Positions 52,589 through 64,000 of a stretch of 64,000 nt of DNA are shown piece after piece. The position numbers and the translations under genes are program-made. Source of the DNA: Botryllus schlosseri (lineage: Eukaryota); assembly GCA_051294905.1 (NCBI GenBank), contig CM119386.1:2666001-2730000 (forward strand), written 5' to 3'. Each line of letters starts with the position of its first letter. The first letter of the stretch is position 1. Under the pieces are notes generated by a model, which was given only the letters and a program-made list of their open reading frames with translations, searched no databases and was not told where the DNA came from.

Positions 52589-55500
52589 GATTTTGGTGCG
52601 TATAGTAAGCCGATATGAATAAATAGATTATAGTCCGGAGTTCACCAGGAATGGACATATTAATATGGATATTGGGCGTCCAGTTAGTTCATTTACGACT
52701 GTGTCATGGGATGCGACCATAGACTACATGAGTAATCGAAATGCAGCCGTGAATAGCAAAAAGGTTGGCCATCCCTTGGTATAAACGGCAAGTCTAAGGA
52801 GGTGGGCTAGTAGTTAAAAATTCGATAGTAATATTTGAAATTCCGCGACTGGACAAAATGAGTTCGCTAACCATCACCGACAACAAGACGACCATCGCAG
52901 TGATAACGTACGACTCTAACAAGTCAGATTCGCAACACAACACAAAGTTTTGATAAAATGATGACAACGAGCTACGAAACAATTTTGGTTCAAAAATACG
53001 AAATATATATGGATCACGTTTATCTGGAATCCTTTCAAGTTTAACTTTATAGGCCTACTGATGTTGTAGGAGCAGTTCATCTCAACTTTGTACACTCATG
53101 GACGATAAAAATATTCTACAGCCGCATTTGAGGCCCAAAGATGAGCGGATTCTACAACCGAAATCCACCCGCCTCCGATTAGCAATTAGAAATCCCGAGT
53201 CGGAAAAATCAACTGGTAGACCTACGTAAAATCGTGCTAAATTTCGACTTTCAAAGCTGATTCAAAATTCAAATCCAGTTCAGCTACGTCAGAAATCGAT
53301 GAAATCCCGCTCCGGAACTTGATATCACCAGTGATGAATGACTCCATGGATTGAGCGGTATCGCTCCAGGGCCTGATACGCCAGCTTGTGAATGAGAGTG
53401 TAACTGTATAGGCGTGTAGCCTACACGATACTAGAAACTTCGGTATTTCCATACCAATAGAAATATATTATGGCCAGGGCCGAAGCAGCACTTTATCAGC
53501 CCCCTACAAACATTGGAATGGGGCCCCATAGGTTGATAAGCACACTAAACTTCTGAAGGGGGCTTCGCCCCTCAGACCCAATTTCTATGACGAACGAACA
53601 TGGAGGCTACTGCAAACAGTCATTGCGTAATGCGTATCTTCAATCATGCAAGTTCCGTTACACGCACTTAAACCAAGGCATCTCAACGTCCTCAAGTGAT
53701 ATAAGGAATGCACCGTTCTCTCGTAGCTGCGATTACAGCCGGTGTCTGGGTCTGATTCTATATCGCAGTGCTTCTCAACCTCTGAGCTGGTACGCACTTG
53801 TGCGGATGAGTGCTGACGACAATCGTAAATAATTGTTACCATTTTGACGTGATAATTCAAATGCAGCGGCACCCTAACTTTTATCGTTATGACGCAATAA
53901 TATTGTTTTACTTACAACGCACCATATGATCATAGCTTTTACAATTACTTTGTCTCGCAAATCAGAAGTCTGACTCGAAAGCGGGTGTTGTGCATGAGCC
54001 CGAGTGTGCGAAACGCGGGGAAAATTACGTCAAATTGACTTTTTGCTTTCTTTATGTGAACAATCATCATATTTTCGTAATAACGGTTCGATTAGCAGGA
54101 GGCACGAAGTGGAGAGAATGACGATAATTCAGGCTTGGAGGGCGAATTCTGGGTGGTTCAGTGCCTGATCATTATTTAATTTATATTTTCAGAGTTGGTG
54201 TGACAGCAGCTTTCGATCAAGACCAGATTCAGTTAATTCGACACTCTGGAACTTTTGGATTACCAGAAATCCCAGTGGCTGTAGCAAAATAAGACTGAAT
54301 AAAGCCTCAGCTAAGCGGAACGAAGCTGCAAAATCGGTCGTTGCCATTCCATACTTACAATCGATCGTATCATATCTTCTCACGTTTCATTCAGTGTGCG
54401 TGCACCGTGCATGTGCATGCCTCCTTTTTACATCGGCCAGGTGGTTGTCTGATTTCGAGGACTACTCCAAGTCGTTTCGACACCTTCCCATCTTTCATTG
54501 TATCGCAGTCTTGTGGTGTATTGAAATGATAAAACTTTTTTGCAATAAATTGAATTGATAGACAGTTTTCTCAACCTCAGCACTCGGTCGAATCGGATTA
54601 GTGGTTCGAGCCGTTGGTATTTTGGCCTATTCATGATGAATATGATTGGCGCCAGAGGAACAAATTTTCCAGCGGATAATAACACAGATGTAATCTTTGC
54701 CGACAACGAACACGAGATGCATCAAATGTATTTAGTCATCAGTACAGTTCATAACAATATACAGTTGAACTAATAACCACGAACATGATCACATAAAACA
54801 CATGTGCCAACATAACTGGATCAGGGACACTCACCGCCGCAAATTGGAACAATATCGCATTCACAGTAACACATCGACTGAGACGGTTTCATCGTATTTT
54901 TGATAATGTTCATCTTATCAAGGGACACTACTGTTACAGGACCGCAAGTGAAAAATCGGGAAATAAAATATTAAAGCGGTTACTCTGCCAAATATCGGAA
55001 TCGCCAATTCAAAGCGTATAAGTAACATTTCTTTCCAGGTCCTCTTATAATGCAAAAGCGTTCACGCTCACTCGCAAGCTCGCGAAGGAATGGACCGACA
55101 TCCTAGTATAATGCGATATCAGATCTGCGACAGCGACGGCTGCGTGATTTGTGTGCGTGACACCCCAAATAACGCAGGATGAGTTGAGTATAGTTGTTAT
55201 GGCAAGGATAACTGCGTGAAAAGCGAACAGTCAGAGAGACAGTGTCAATGGCTACTATGATTGTTCACAAGGTATTTGAGCACGACGCAGTACTACTGCA
55301 CTCTGCAAAAAGTGCACATATATATCGTGGGTTCCGATAAAAACTAATATGGTGCAGCGATTGAGCGGATGCTAATGACCTACCTTTTGGCAGGTTGGAA
55401 TAAACTACATTTTGACAGACGACTAAATATTTCACATTTCTAGATCGACTATTCGTTAACTCATATAAATACTAGTCAGTTAAAAGCTGTGTATCAAGCG

Positions 55501-57978
55501 GAACAATGCACGGCTGGGCAGATAAGAAAACACTATAGAATAAGGATGGGCAGTTCGAATTATAGATTCGAATCGGTACCGATTATGCTCATCTCTAGTG
55601 CGGTGGGAAATTACCAGAATCGTATGAAGGCCGGCACCGAACAGTTTTAGCAAATTTCTCGGATAGGTTACAACTCGATTTGAGGTTGAACAGTGCACGA
55701 TGAAAACAAATCACCAAGTAACAATTGGTCCATTGCAGTTATGTTCACGAAAGTCTGAGAACCACTCAGCTACACAGATTGCACACGGGCGATCTTATCA
55801 ATACGATCGTTACCCCCATTAAAAATACATTTCAATGACGAAATAGATGGATGCGTTGAGATTAATCACCGAATGAGCTAAAAATTTGAAATCGTAGTTA
55901 CAAAAATATCAGGACTTATAAAATGATAATACATTTGATTGAACAATTTTCCTTCAGAATACTGGTATCGCGACAAATAACTTGACGAGTATCGTTTTCC
56001 GGAGCAATCCACAGTAAATATGAGTGGACGATAGCAATAAAAATAGCTGACACTATTTCGACATGGAAGGAGGTCAGGTGACATCAAATAATACCGGTAA
56101 AAGCAGCATACAGCTAATGTCAAAGCAGTAAATTGGAGAAAAGCATAAGCGAAAATATTTTTAAAAGCCTACTATGTCACCTGACCGACGGCGTAGCCAG
56201 ACCAGGGCAAACAGCGCACTTTGCCACCGGAATTTCAGTCATCATACAGCCGCATTCCTTTGCAACGTTACAGTTGATGCAAGATTCTGATTCCCCCCTA
56301 AATTTGGCGAGCACGCCAGACTCCAAACCAACGTTTCTCAACTTTTTGTCTAGCGCGGACCCTTCAATTTCGTTAGGTGGATGCGTGGACCCACAACCGC
56401 GAAATTTGGGAAGCTGATAACACAAAACGTCATCACTAGGGCGATTATATTCTGATACGTCACAAAAAGTCAACATCGTAGCCTTGGTATTTTGTGAACC
56501 ATAAACCGTTGGTTTTTATGGTGTGATGATCAGCACACTTCAAAACGTAGGCCTTAATTCATGTTGAGGCGAGGATCGGAGGATGTGTCGGAAAACCGAG
56601 AGAAATTCTCATATATGAATGTGAAACAAGTTCGCGTGAACATTCAAACATCAAAAACCGCAGGATGAACAACTGCGCTGTATACACATTGTGTTACCAG
56701 CAATATACGCTGAGCTTCGGCACTGCCAGCCAACAACTGCTACTGGTAGCCGATCTTTATCCATTCTTGCCAATCCACTTCGTAAGGACAGACAGTTCGA
56801 ACCATTTTCGCAATATAATAATATATCGAGATCTCGTGGTTCTTTAAAATCGCCAATATTTCAATGAACGCTCGACTGACTGCCTATCAGAAAATTTAGC
56901 CAAGTGTTTCTAGTTGTACTGCAATACCAATTTTCAGACCACATTTTCTAACATAACTTAAAATTGATCGTTTTTATGTAATAAAATAATCGCCCTAGTC
57001 ATCACTTATCAAGACCCCATAGATCTACATTAATGGTTGCCTACAAAGTTACCAGGCCATCAATTTCGCTTGTGACCAGAGGGTGAGCGGTCAACACAAG
57101 ACAAAATTCGGTCGTTAGTCAAAAATAAGGACAATGTAGTATTATAGCTGTATAGTTTCAGTATTGGCCTTACATGACCGAGAACGCCAGGTTAAGATCC
57201 TATGCTGTTGGCGAACAGAGTGGTCGGTGACTTAACTTGGTATTCAAATCTAAGGTAATCAGATTGAATGATTGATCGTCGCCCGCGATTAGACACACGT
57301 AATTTCACGGGGGATGAGCATGTAGAATCCCGTTGCAAGACAATTGCCGTGTGCAAGTTCAATACACACACACAGCCATGACAAGTTAAATATTACAATC
57401 GTACCGGCAAGATAAAGCGGGATACTGATTCCAGTTCTCCATATCGCAAACACAAGCTATAATGCACAGCACACATACACTCAGATATTCGTCGAAGCTC
57501 AACGGAAGTAAAAAAACGCATACAATAATATTTCTAAATGAAACCTGCTAGCAACCAGCAGGATAAAACACTATCCGGATATTCACTCCATCTCCGGACT
57601 TGGAAACATGTAAATTATGTAGTGCGACATTCGCCTATAGTGCAATCGTATACAAGTAATAAACATTAGCTAGTACTTCCTAGTAGATGGACACGTTAGA
57701 GTAAGGAACAATACAGCAAGTCTCGCGTGACGATCCCGCCACAGCAGGATACCTTGAACTTCGACAATTTGGTCCGACCAGCACTACCCAAACCAGACAC
57801 GCTCCATGCTCATATTTTACCGCTGACACATATTACAAACAGCTGGATTCGTCACGTAGAAAAAGCGTAATGTACGGCGTGAGGTGTCGGCGGCAGTACA
57901 ATTATCGAGTCGTTGTCCCGCAGCGCTGCATACCGATTCCTCCGTATCGCATTTTCGATAGCTAGCCGCCCATTTCCG

Positions 57979-60900
57979 TTATATGAGTCCGATTTCTTTC
58001 ATGTTGGATTGAGTGATCATGTCAGCCACCGCGTCGAAAACAACCTGAAAGCAGACGTGACGTGTGATGTTAAAATCTGGCTGGTTTCTGGTTTGTCAAT
58101 AATACACGCTGTGTGGGCCGTTTCCAAAGTCCTCGGTCGAGGAACACAAGCGTGTTGCTCGCGGCAACAAACAGGGTGGCCAAAATCGTCTCGAACATTA
58201 TTCGCGTAAAAGTACCAAGTCGTTCAATCTCATATATTTCAAGAGCATAAAGCCGTTACTACCGGTGCCAAAAATACGAAATATATCGAAACGCTACTGC
58301 GTGGTCTTGGTGCCAGATGTTCGCAGTGACGTTACCATAACGCAGTGGTTCCCAACCTGTGGTAGTGTGGTACGCGTACCATTAGCGGTACACGAAGGTC
58401 TTACAGGTGGTACGCGAGTAGATTCTGTTTTTTCCTTCGACCGAACGGAGTTATTAGTTCATTTTGGGTTGATTTTGAGTTTTTTGAAGCCGTCGTCGTC
58501 GTGGGCAATCACACCAATGACGGTCTCCGGGGAAGAGATCTAGTCGTAAAGTATTGGGATTCTTACCTAACCAAATTCCGTTTTAATATATTTGGCTACA
58601 AGAATTCTAAATGGATCCACTACTGAAATCGTATACTGCGCCTTAAATGGGCTTTTTATTTTATGTTTCGATGCCTTCGGCAACTCTACACGGTGGAAAC
58701 ATTTTTGGCCGCCTTCGGCACGCGTAACTCATGTTGGTGGTACGCGAGCACTGCATAAAACCTCGAAATGGTATGTGGGTGGAAAAAGGTTGGGAACCAC
58801 TGCCATAACGGATAACGCAAACACGAGCTATCAAGTTTCAGAGTTCACCGTGGTGGGGTTGAACACAACTGTCTCAGCGAAACGATTCTGGGCTAGTCAT
58901 CAACAACTTTTCGATTTTATTTCAGTAAACCGGTTGAAGGTCAGATGTGGAGAGAGGTCTACTTTGCAAGTGGTGCATATGTCTTGCCACGGGCAGGTTT
59001 TCGCGGTGAACCTGGTGTGTTGCTACGTCGTAACGTTCATTCCAGTGATAGGATCGATATATCTGATTCTTAAACATCGCAGTTTGTGCTGATTTGTCAG
59101 AACAAGATTACTCGACGAATAATTACATGAGATATGCTTCCGCCCGAGCCTACTAAGTGACTTATTGAGTGGATATGGTCCAAAGAATACATGATTACTA
59201 TTGCTTGGGTATTGGTTTCCACTTAATAGACTCTCATCTCGCTGCCGTTAGCTTTGTTCGTCATGTGACATCCAAGAGTCTGTTTACTAGTCACGATTGC
59301 GTAACAGCGACAGGATTCTGTCGAAATTTCAAATTCGCCTCATCGGATTTATCGGCTACAGTTCGCTGATAACGCGAGTCAGCTGAAAAGCTGAAATCTT
59401 GAAGTAGAATTGATTTAGCAGTATGAATATGCTTGCCGAGATAAGGAAACTTTATAATTTTACAAATAGCCCTGTGGATAACATCAAACGGAGTACACAG
59501 AGCTTCCATAAACAGAAACCGTGCAGTGTGCATAATGATTGATGCGCACCCTCAATTTAGCATGACGATGCTGCCGGCGTGGTGTGGTTTTACGAGATAA
59601 ATGTCCCAGCCTGGTATCGTGATACGATGGCTTCGAGAGCATCAACATTTCAACAACTTCATTACATGCGTAGCAGAGCTTCGGGCACTTGAATCGGTCG
59701 CACAGACATATGAGACGCCACGTTCGAGTGTAGGTAGACTATTGAAACCTCTCGATGCGCGTGATCACAAGATCTCGGATATCGAAGACTTCCCGACGCA
59801 TTTCTAGCTTGCTTTGATATTGCGGATCACACGTGAATTCGTCGTTTGGCAGTCCCCAATCTCCATCCTAACTCCCCACTACCCTAAGCCAAACCGAATG
59901 CAAAAATTATTACATACATAACATGTGCCGAGTTCAATATGTGTCAAAATGCACGATCATATTCAGTGAAGCATTATTTTATAATTTATTACTGCAATGT
60001 TGATGCATTGTTTTGTACTAATAATAAATATTACTTCTCTAACACCCGATTCACCAAGAAAGATGTTTCCAAACCAGTCAGCGTGCGGTTTAGTCGCATT
60101 TCCTGAACTGTGATCGTGAACCACATATGCTTTGGGCTGGTTTCACTTACGAGACTAGTTTGTATGAGAAGCACGAAACATATCAGACTTTTTGTCGACA
60201 TCCACCGGACCTACAAGGCGCTAAATCTCAACGGATACAAGCCGATAATTTGCCTCGGCCCTCGCACTCATTCGACCTCCGTGTTACGTATTGTTGGCGC
60301 AATTTCCTGTTATTTTGACAAAAAAACTGCCAGTGTAATGGATACGGTTACTTCCACTTGACATTAACGCTAAACTCACGTCTGATTCAAGCACATCACC
60401 TACTCTTACAACCAACCGGATATACGATGGGCGGATATAAGAAATATTCTGCTATTTCGTCGAAATTACGGTATTCAGATCACTCCGAAATTTGATACGA
60501 CTGATGCGTAGCGATCACGCAGTTAAAGCAACGTCGAGAAGCTTCTTCGAAATAAGAAAAACGTTCTTACTGATGCTGTTCGCTACGTCGAAAGCGAGGG
60601 GGAAATACATCCTATACGGTTGCATTGTGTTACACTTCACATTTGCGTGCTTGCAGGAAATGGGCCATATGACCAGTTTTTCAACTGGCAATGAATAGAC
60701 CGCATTCGTCATCGGACGGAACGCGTAATTATTTACATCAAGTAACCCAAACGACAAGGTAATATTGGACAATGAGCAAACCTACAATGAAGCCCGTCTT
60801 AGCTTCAGCGAACGGTTGTCACGACGACAGGACGACATATCCACCAGAGACGATCCCGAATCTACTCTTGACCATAAAATATCCGAGTTAATCTGAACAT

Positions 60901-63153
60901 CCGACATATCCGATAAGACAGGGTTCGGTACGACAGTGCTCAACATTTTACCTAATTTAGCTGCTTGAAAAGTGGTCTTGGTTTTACACTGTACATAAAC
61001 AGTTTTCATAAGCAATTTGTCCTTTTGAATTTCATCATCAAAACCTGGCTGATATCTTCGGCATCCCATCTACAGGAAATGGTCGGAGAACCGCAACTAT
61101 CTTTGGCACTATTAGTCATAGTGCACAAATCACGGAAATAAATTTCGAAATTTGGGAAGTGGTGTCTGGTCGTTGGCAAGAATAGGACTATGATGCAAAC
61201 TACATTTAAAAGCTATTAGAGCATTATTCTTCCAACTGCAGATGATATTGACCTGCTACAGAAAACAGTTCTTCGAAACACTTCTACCCTTTAGGTATGA
61301 TCATAAATCCTAATCAGCCTTCTTCATATGCAATAAACACATGCTGTGACGCCTGGTCATTCGCAGCATACAAGCGCAATCTTCTGGAGTCAGATCATAA
61401 GACGATGATACACACACAAAAATTTCGCGCTGCGTTGTTGTCGTCATTCCCATCCTATGGCAAGGCCACACGCTTTCACGTTGTAGGCCTGATGCAAACA
61501 GCGAATTCGCTGCTGAGGAACGTTCTTTTCGTGACAAAGTCTTGTTTTCAAGACTTGAGACTTTAGTCGAGACAGTTTCTTATCTAATTCAGAACACAAG
61601 CTAAGCACGGGGTCAAGAAGGAGAGAATGACACTGGGAATATCAACACTTATATTGCAATCCGACGAGGCATCTTCAGGCAGACGTAATGATGATTCACG
61701 TACTCCTTACTTTGCGCCAAATACCTCCAATTGAAGCGGATGTTACACTAATCTCTTCTGGTTCATTGATCGGACAGAGCAAGTTCATGAATCTGCTACT
61801 GTGAACAAACTAGTTTTAGTTCTGCTTGAGTTTTCTTCGACTCGACTTACAACTAGCGCCTTACCCTTGGAAGTTTTGTAATCAGAGACTTTCCTCATCC
61901 TCACCAGTAACGAATCATGGTTTTGTCCGATCAACCTTCAACTAATCCTTCCGTATTACCGGTAATCAATGTACTTTTCAAAGCTGCCATTTTAAGGTAG
62001 ATGCTATTAACGATTCACTATGTAGTTGGAGTAACAATACTACTCCCATTTGAATGATTTTGGTTCCGTTATACCAACAAAGCAGTGCTGGGGAAAATGT
62101 GATTGTGCAATAAACGATTTTCAAGTTCAAAGTAGGTGGTTCTGTGAACATTTATTCATTAACATACCTGTCTGGTAGCGTATCCGCAACAAAGTCTACA
62201 GAACAGTACAGCTCAAATTCAGCATTTGCAAAGGAACTAGGCTGGTTCATGAATGGCCTGTTTGGATCTCGATTTTGTTAGGATTAGACGCGACAAGGAT
62301 GTTGGAACACAGACAGAGACGTTTCAAATAGGGAAGTCTCCGATCTTACTACATGATTGATTGAGGTGTCAAATTACGTTGCCTTATTGCTGCCACGAAA
62401 AATCATTTAGCAACAGCTCAATTCATGCGGCGGGAAACATGTCCCCGACATCAATGTAGACTAGACAATGACGGTTAGTTTTTGCGATACAGTTAAAGGA
62501 ACGCAAAAAGACCAACACCGGCAGACTATTTCTTACAAGATTTTCTTACCAAATGCTAAATTGGGACATAGCAGACCAGCGAAGGCAAAGTCACAAATTC
62601 AAAAGCACAATTGCCAGTTGACGTTATTGAAAGTCGAATGAGACGGCAATCATTTGGCCGAGACATTACAAGGCTTGGACATCAATGTTGCGCTGAGTAA
62701 GTTGACAATACTTGGCGCGGATCTAAATTCCAAGGCAAGTTGCTGACAACCAATTAAGCAGGAGAGAAGAGAAGAAATATTTTCAGAAGCATGTAGATTT
62801 GTTGGTATGCACCGATTCAGTGTCTATCATTCTACTGGCAATCTGCAATCAAACAAGATACTCAGTTTCACAAAGAGCCAGAAGTGCGGTCACAAATATT
62901 CTTGACTTACGTCATCTGAATGCCAACGTATACTGAGATTACCATGAACAACCAAACAAGATGTCAGCGTGGAATCCGTGTGATGAAAGCGGGAAAACTA
63001 GCAGGAAGTAACAACACAGAAATCTCACTTGAATATTTTGTGTATCGGTCGCACAAGTGAAATGCGAATAGATTTCCTTTGTGTCGGGATGGCCGTTCAA
63101 ATTCTCGAATTGCGCTCTGATGTAGTTGGCCGTTTCCATGAAAGTATTCCCAC
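57979..63153 (-). CDS. Heterotrimeric G-protein alpha subunit, Gi/o/z family; last two coding exons (5' part not found in window)
   Basis: Exon 63029-63153 ([42 protein letters not shown]5 TCAT motif, donor GTGAGA) splices in phase 0 to exon 57979-58044 (acceptor tttcag; [21 protein letters not shown]-stop). Confidence 0.93.
59220..61460 (+). pseudogene. Decayed beta-hexosaminidase (GH20, HEXA/HEXB-like) copy inside the G-alpha intron
   Basis: Collinear degenerate motifs across shifting frames: DAHPQFS 59541; LRALESVAQ 59679; IEDFP 59781; FPNQS..AFPEL 60066-60110; SYN...[19 protein letters not shown] 60404-60499; SSNP 60738; PG*YL 61044; FWS 61382; FRAALL 61423. Multiple stops and frameshifts. 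Ends are approximate. Confidence 0.65.
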
Positions 63154-64000
63154 CTGTAAGAAAACAATTCATGGCAATCATTCACAGAGCCAAGTATGCC
63201 CTTAATTAGGTTGCCCTGCAAAAAAAATTCACTTTGCATTTGCGAGCTGTTAATTAGCACCTCATCAGTACCAATTGCCTCATGGGAAAGGACTGATTTT
63301 CTGTAATATGTGTCGTAATAATGTGGGAAAATCCAACAAACAATTCACAACAGTGCAATCACCGTCGGTGGACTAACCAATGTACTAGGATTGAAATACT
63401 TTGCAAATAGCCAATAGCCAAGACCAATCCTAGCGTTTCAGATAATTTCAAACGACTGCTATTTTCAAATTGCCATAGCAGAACCAATACAACTAAGGCT
63501 GGACATCAATAGAAGAAAAAATATGGTCGGCTGGCTTGTCATCAAACATGATTGATTGATTGCAGTAATAATTTATTATTGTAACATCGCACTAGAACCA
63601 ATTGCCATGAAAGAAATTGTTACAGAGTCGATAGCATAATCACAGATGAAGTTCGTCATAACTTGAAAATTCTAATCTTGCTCCAAGTGAGATCTGTCAG
63701 GTATTCTCCAAGTTCAAGCCAAGTCACTGGTATTGATGGTATGTTATCACCATTCCGCTAGTATGGAACGAAAAGCTATACTGAGCTTTGTTGGTTTTAT
63801 GATTTTTCAACAGCGTGCGATCCAGCAGCTTGTAGTCCGATCTTGTCGACGTGAATTTACTTTCACGTTGTGTCATAAATTAGTCTACTTTATGAGCTGC
63901 ATCGTTGCCGTTTCGAATTTTTCTAAAACACGTGAAGTTTTAGCTCGCAAATGGCGATGCCAAAAAGAAGTCACGGGAGGCTTTTGCGCCTAATAAAGGT

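Noticed and set aside
53237-54706. GPCR-like snippets on the minus strand (ALERYRSI near 53350; PIIFIMNRPKYQR near 54640)
   Set aside because: Order is wrong for one gene (TM7-like lies 5' of TM3-like), stops follow, and no linking exons were found.
55878-56476. Cys-rich ORF and adjacent exon-like segments
   Set aside because: Partly MITE-derived, no family motif and no consistent splice chain.

Overview
Eukaryotic, AT-rich, intron-containing DNA. An invertebrate chordate such as an ascidian is my inference, not proven. I can support four protein-coding loci, assembled by hand from splice sites, phase continuity and family motifs. (1) A GT31 beta-1,3-galactosyltransferase-like gene on the minus strand (about 2.6-8.3 kb, 3' part unresolved). 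(2) A single-exon, intact 1190-aa HOIP/RNF31 linear-ubiquitin ligase on the plus strand (14434-18006) that lacks NZF zinc fingers. (3) A 16-exon Niban/FAM129-like gene on the minus strand (46764 to about 24355, about 594 aa). (4) The last two coding exons of a Gi-family G-protein alpha subunit with a Gz-like C-terminus lacking the pertussis-toxin Cys (63153-57979). The last intron of the G-alpha gene holds a decayed antisense GH20 beta-hexosaminidase copy. Introns and intergenic DNA are dense with non-autonomous DNA transposons: hAT-type MITEs with 8-bp TSDs, long palindromic MITEs, a foldback element, and a degenerate THAP/P-superfamily element with 7-bp TSD. A LINE-tail/SINE-like repeat family is also present. 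No rRNA, intact tRNA or CRISPR array was seen. All family assignments rest on recalled motifs, not database searches.
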